From: Candidatus Rokuibacteriota bacterium
Lineage (GTDB): Bacteria > Methylomirabilota > Methylomirabilia > Rokubacteriales > CSP1-6
Reading direction: 5' to 3'
Length of the DNA: 64,000 nt
Assembly: GCA_016209635.1 (NCBI GenBank)
Contig: JACQWC010000013.1
Coordinates: 12,680 to 76,679 of the forward strand
The notes beneath the pieces were generated by a model. It ran no database searches, was not told where the DNA came from, and saw nothing but the letters and a program-made list of their open reading frames with translations. Positions 60,945-64,000 of the stretch are shown here, in pieces. The translations under genes were made by a program, and so were the position numbers. Numbering within the stretch: position 1 is the first letter of the stretch; each line of letters opens with the position of its first letter.

Positions 60945-61193
60945 ATGGTCCGCAAGCAGGTGTACCTGGAGGCGAGTCATGAGCGGGTGCTGAAGGATCG
61001 GGCCCGGCAGTACCGGGTCACCGAAGCGCAGCTCATCCGCCGCTCGATAGACCAGGCACTCAAGCCGGGGGCCGTGGACACGGTGGACCCGGCGGCCTGG
61101 AAGGAACTCAAGCGTCGCATCGCTCGCCGGCGCAAGAGCTCCGGCCCCGCGACGATCAGATCGTGGACGCGCGCAGCGCTCTATGACCGGTGA
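60945..61193 (+). CDS. Ribbon-helix-helix antitoxin (VapB-like)
   Basis: MVRKQVYLEASHERVLKDRARQYRVTEAQLIRRSIDQAL has the RHH pattern. The start is uncertain (in-frame ATGs also at 60906 and 60918). It overlaps the following PIN gene by 11 nt. Confidence 0.65.
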   Translation: MVRKQVYLEASHERVLKDRARQYRVTEAQLIRRSIDQALKPGAVDTVDPAAWKELKRRIARRRKSSGPATIRSWTRAALYDR

Positions 61194-61633
61194 CGTGCTG
61201 ATCGACACGAACGTCGTTGTCTACACCTATGCCGACGGCGACCGGCGCAGGCAGCCACGGGCGATCGAGGCCCTCGACCGACTTTCCGCCAGCGGCCGGG
61301 GAAGACTGTCCACCCAGGTGCTCGGCGAGGTCTTTCGTGTGTTGACGACCAGGAGCCGGCCGCGGGGTCGCGGTCTCGGATGCCGTCACCGATCTCGCGA
61401 TTCTCGCCCGGGCCTGGCCGGTCTATTCCGTCACGCCGCTGATCGTTCTCGAGGGGGCGCGGGGCGTACGCGACCATCGCTTGAGCTATTGGGATGCGCA
61501 GCTCTGGGCGACGGCCCGCCTCAACCAGGTCTCGACGATCCTCACCGAGGACTCGACGCACGGACGGGTGCTGGAAGGCATCCAATACCTGAACCCGTTC
61601 GCTCCGGCCTTCGACCTCGCCGCGCTCGGCTGA
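61183..61633 (+). pseudogene. Frameshifted VapC (PIN-domain) toxin gene
   Basis: MTGDVLIDTNVVVYTYADGD...QVLGEVFRVLTT in frame 1. The PIN C-terminal part (VAVSDAVTDLAILARAWPVYSVTPLIVLEG...YWDAQLWATARLNQVSTILTEDSTHGRVLEGIQYLNPF) lies in the +1 frame from about 61367 and ends at TGA 61631-61633. The switch occurs between 61346 and 61367, in or near a G-run. Confidence 0.6.
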
Positions 61634-61646
61634 GCCGCGCGGCCTC

Positions 61647-62699
61647 CTACTGCGCCCGCAGCGTGTAGATGGAGCCGACGACGCTCGGCCCGTAGCGCTC
61701 CGGCGCGAACGCGTGAGCCAGGATCGCCTTGGCTCTCCAGCCGGTGCAATGGCCAGGCGCAACGACGCGGGGCCGGATTCGCTCCCTCAAGTCTCGAACG
61801 GTAGCTTCGATACGTGCTTCCATCGCCTTGCCGCTCAGGTGGTAGCCCCCCAGCACCACGTCGATCGCAGTCCCTCCGAACTGCGCCTGCGCGCCGAGTG
61901 ATGCGTTGACGACTCCGGCATGGGAGCAGGCCGACAGCACCGTGACGCCGCGGCCACGAACCTGGGCGGCCACGAAGCGCTCGTCGAGGATGAGCGGGTC
62001 TGCTTCCCCCTCATCACGGCGGAAACTGTGGTGGCCCACGAGGCCCTTCTCGTACTCGGTGACCCGGTCGATCTGCCCGCTGCCCACGAAGAAGCCGTCG
62101 CAGAGCACGTGGGCCTCGGCGTGCTTGGCGACCCGGCCACCAGCGGCCTCCACCGCCTCGAAGCTCGGCTCCGGCGCGAGCATGATCATCGTCCCGGTCG
62201 GGAGGAGGATCCCGCGCTGATCGGGCCGGTCGGGGTGCAGATCCACGAGGACGGGCGCGCTGAGGCCCGCCTTCCTCCGCGCCTCGGTCACGGCAGCGAC
62301 AACCTCGGGCAGCGCTCCGCTGTGGTCAGAGTGCCAGTGGGACAGAAACACGAGCTCGATCTTCGCCAGATCAACCCCGAGGCGCGCCGCATTGGTGAGC
62401 CAGAGGTCGGCATAGGGTCCGACGTCGAAGAGCATCGTGCGCTCGTCGTGGCCTCGCCTTCCCGTCACGAGGACTGACAGACCGTGACCGGCGCAGCACA
62501 ACCGGTCGAACACCACCTTGCAGGGGTGCCCATTGTAGGTCCGGCTGGTAGGTAGGCGCGGGACGAGGTGCGCCACTTCCGGCGTCTGCGGCACACCTTC
62601 GGCGATGCTGGACAGCGTGTCCGTCTCGTTGTCGACGACGACGAGCAGGCGGAGCTCGTCCAGCGTCATCGCATCAGCACCCGGCATGGGCCGACCCAT
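61647..62699 (-). CDS. MBL-fold metallo-hydrolase
   Basis: FLSHWHSDHSG (HxHxDH) motif. Start placed at ATG 62699, which has GGAG 6 nt upstream; the ORF track extends to 62756. Confidence 0.85.
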   Translation of the reverse strand: MGRPMPGADAMTLDELRLLVVVDNETDTLSSIAEGVPQTPEVAHLVPRLPTSRTYNGHPCKVVFDRLCCAGHGLSVLVTGRRGHDERTMLFDVGPYADLWLTNAARLGVDLAKIELVFLSHWHSDHSGALPEVVAAVTEARRKAGLSAPVLVDLHPDRPDQRGILLPTGTMIMLAPEPSFEAVEAAGGRVAKHAEAHVLCDGFFVGSGQIDRVTEYEKGLVGHHSFRRDEGEADPLILDERFVAAQVRGRGVTVLSACSHAGVVNASLGAQAQFGGTAIDVVLGGYHLSGKAMEARIEATVRDLRERIRPRVVAPGHCTGWRAKAILAHAFAPERYGPSVVGSIYTLRAQ

Positions 62700-62911
62700 A
62701 TCACGCTCCGCCCTTGGCCATCGCTCGATCTCCTCCCGCCCCCAAGAGGACCGCACCAGGGTCAGTTCCTCAACCAGAAAATGGTCTGGCGTTCCGGGCG
62801 CAGGCTCCTGGGATGCCCGCGGGAGCGACGGCGTTCGGCCCCACTGTCCACGACTCCCGACACTTGTGCGACGGTGAGGCGGCCGGTAGAGTCGACGCGT
62901 GGGAGGGATCC

Positions 62912-63472
62912 GTGGCTGAACCCCTGATGACGCGGCGCTTCACCGTCGACGAGTACTACCGCATGGCCCAAGCGGGGGTGCTCACCGAGGACGATCGCGT
63001 CGAGCTGATCGAGGGGCAGATCGTCCTGAGGGAGCCGATCGGCCCGTACCACGCGGGCACCGTGAGGCGGCTCAACCGTCTCTGGACGACTCGACTTGGC
63101 GCACGGGCGGTCGTGGACGTCCAGAACCCCGTCCGGCTCGGCGCGCACTCCGAGCCCCAGCCGGATCTGGTCTTGCTTCGCCCTCGCCACGATTTCTACG
63201 CCGACACGCATCCGGAACCCGCGGACGTGCTCCTCGCCATCGAGGTGGGGGGGACGAGCGCCGAGGGCGACCGGACGGTGAAGATGCCGCTCTACGCCAG
63301 GGCGGGCATCCGCGAGGCCTGGCTGGTCGACCTCGCGGCGGATCGCGTCGAGGTGTACCGGCGGCCCAGCGACGAGGGCTACCGGGATGTCCGGAGGCTC
63401 GGCCGCGATCAGACGCTGAGCGCCGAGGCGTTCCCGGACGTCACCCTGACCGTCGGCGACCTCCTCGGATAG
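62912..63472 (+). CDS. Uma2 family (DUF820) endonuclease
   Basis: FTVDEYYRMAQAGVL...RVELIEGQIV...PDLVLL...LAIEV...D...K...YARAGIREAWLVD is the restriction-endonuclease-like Uma2 pattern. Start at GTG 62912 after GGGAGGGA (ATG 62927 is an alternative). Confidence 0.8.
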   Translation: MAEPLMTRRFTVDEYYRMAQAGVLTEDDRVELIEGQIVLREPIGPYHAGTVRRLNRLWTTRLGARAVVDVQNPVRLGAHSEPQPDLVLLRPRHDFYADTHPEPADVLLAIEVGGTSAEGDRTVKMPLYARAGIREAWLVDLAADRVEVYRRPSDEGYRDVRRLGRDQTLSAEAFPDVTLTVGDLLG

Positions 63473-63488
63473 CGGCGGAGTACACAAA

Positions 63489-63704
63489 GTGAAGGGGTTC
63501 GAGGTCGTCGGCCCCTACTGTCTCCGTGTCGAGTTCGCAGATGGGCTGGAGCGCACGATCAACTTCCGACCGGTCTTGGAGGGCGAACTCTACGGTCCCT
63601 TGCGTGATCTGAGCGTGTTCAATTCGGTGTCGCTAGTAGAAGGCCAGCTAACCCGTCACAGGCGCGCGAACTCGTGCAACAGGGTGACCACGAACTTCTC
63701 GTAG
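63489..63704 (+). CDS. DUF2442-like small protein, C-terminus probably aberrant
   Basis: (V)KGFEVVGPYCLRVEFADGLERTINFRPVLEGELYGPLRDLSVFNSV matches the DUF2442 pattern. The last ~20 codons do not, and they overlap the convergent peptidase gene by 49 nt. Confidence 0.5.
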   Translation: MKGFEVVGPYCLRVEFADGLERTINFRPVLEGELYGPLRDLSVFNSVSLVEGQLTRHRRANSCNRVTTNFS

Positions 63705-64000
63705 AGGTGCAGGCCTTCCACGGTGAAGTACTCGTTGGCGACGTGCTCACGCCCCATCCGGCCGAGCCCGAAGCCGACGGCCGGCAGGTTGAGGGGCGGG
63801 GCGCTGAACACCGCCATGGGGATGCCGGCGTAGTAGATCGGCCAGCAGACGGTCTTCACCCCATGGAGATCGGAGGCCCGGATCGCCGCCTGGACGAAGG
63901 GGGCACGCAGGGAAGTCTTCGACGGGTTGTAGCAGCCCTGGATCTTGATCTCGACCTCCGGGAAGCCGTGACGGTCGAAATGCTTCCGGAGTTTCGCCCG
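63656..64000 (-). CDS. Partial CDS (3' end; continues past the right window edge): M20-family metallopeptidase/deacylase-like
   Basis: The frame is open from the window edge. Hand translation: ...RAKLRKHFDRHGFPEVEIKIQGCYNPSKTS...PAVGFGLGRMGREHVANEYFTVEGLHLYEKFVVTLLHEFARL-stop. The C-terminal H-x-x-NE-Y block is typical of ArgE/DapE/M20 enzymes. Confidence 0.6.
   Translation of the reverse strand, partial: RAKLRKHFDRHGFPEVEIKIQGCYNPSKTSLRAPFVQAAIRASDLHGVKTVCWPIYYAGIPMAVFSAPPLNLPAVGFGLGRMGREHVANEYFTVEGLHLYEKFVVTLLHEFARL

Noticed and set aside
1-64000. Search by eye for rRNA, tRNA, CRISPR arrays, transposases, integrases or prophage genes
   Set aside because: None recognised. The duplicated segments are gene fragments without terminal inverted repeats or recombinase genes. 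A tRNA scan was not possible by hand, so small RNAs cannot be excluded.

Overview
High-GC bacterial chromosomal DNA; all family calls come from motif recognition by eye (no searches run), and many ORF-track entries are antisense shadow ORFs or over-extended starts. Positions 1-47,072 are one uninterrupted minus-strand array of about 43 tightly packed genes for a heavily decorated surface polysaccharide of the Wzx/Wzy type. It contains a priming sugar transferase (cut by the left edge), five GT4, four GT2, two CgeB-like and two GT-C-like glycosyltransferases, a MOP flippase, a polymerase-like membrane protein, five SAM methyltransferases, a carbamoyltransferase and a DegT aminotransferase. It also holds several oxidoreductases and epimerases, a GtrA/GtrB-type lipid-linked sugar module, a GDP-heptose-like precursor block, and an unusual Dlt-like acyl relay (fatty acyl-AMP ligase + carrier protein + MBOAT + SGNH-like protein). 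At least 21 gene junctions in this array are 4-nt start/stop overlaps (ATGA/GTGA). Positions 47,289-64,000 are a mosaic accessory region. It carries many small toxin-antitoxin-type modules (MNT-HEPN fusion, VapBC, MazEF, DUF433/DUF5615, RHH + retropepsin-like protease), several visibly decayed. It also carries duplicated gene fragments, two paralogous coiled-coil proteins, a PilZ protein, hydrolases and a 1089-aa zinc-ribbon/adenylate-cyclase/ATPase/TPR protein. The strongest single signals there are two paralogous peroxiredoxin-like genes, each with an in-frame TGA at the first Cys of the CxxC redox motif, followed by an identical hairpin (candidate selenoproteins). No rRNA, tRNA, CRISPR array, transposase or integrase was recognised.
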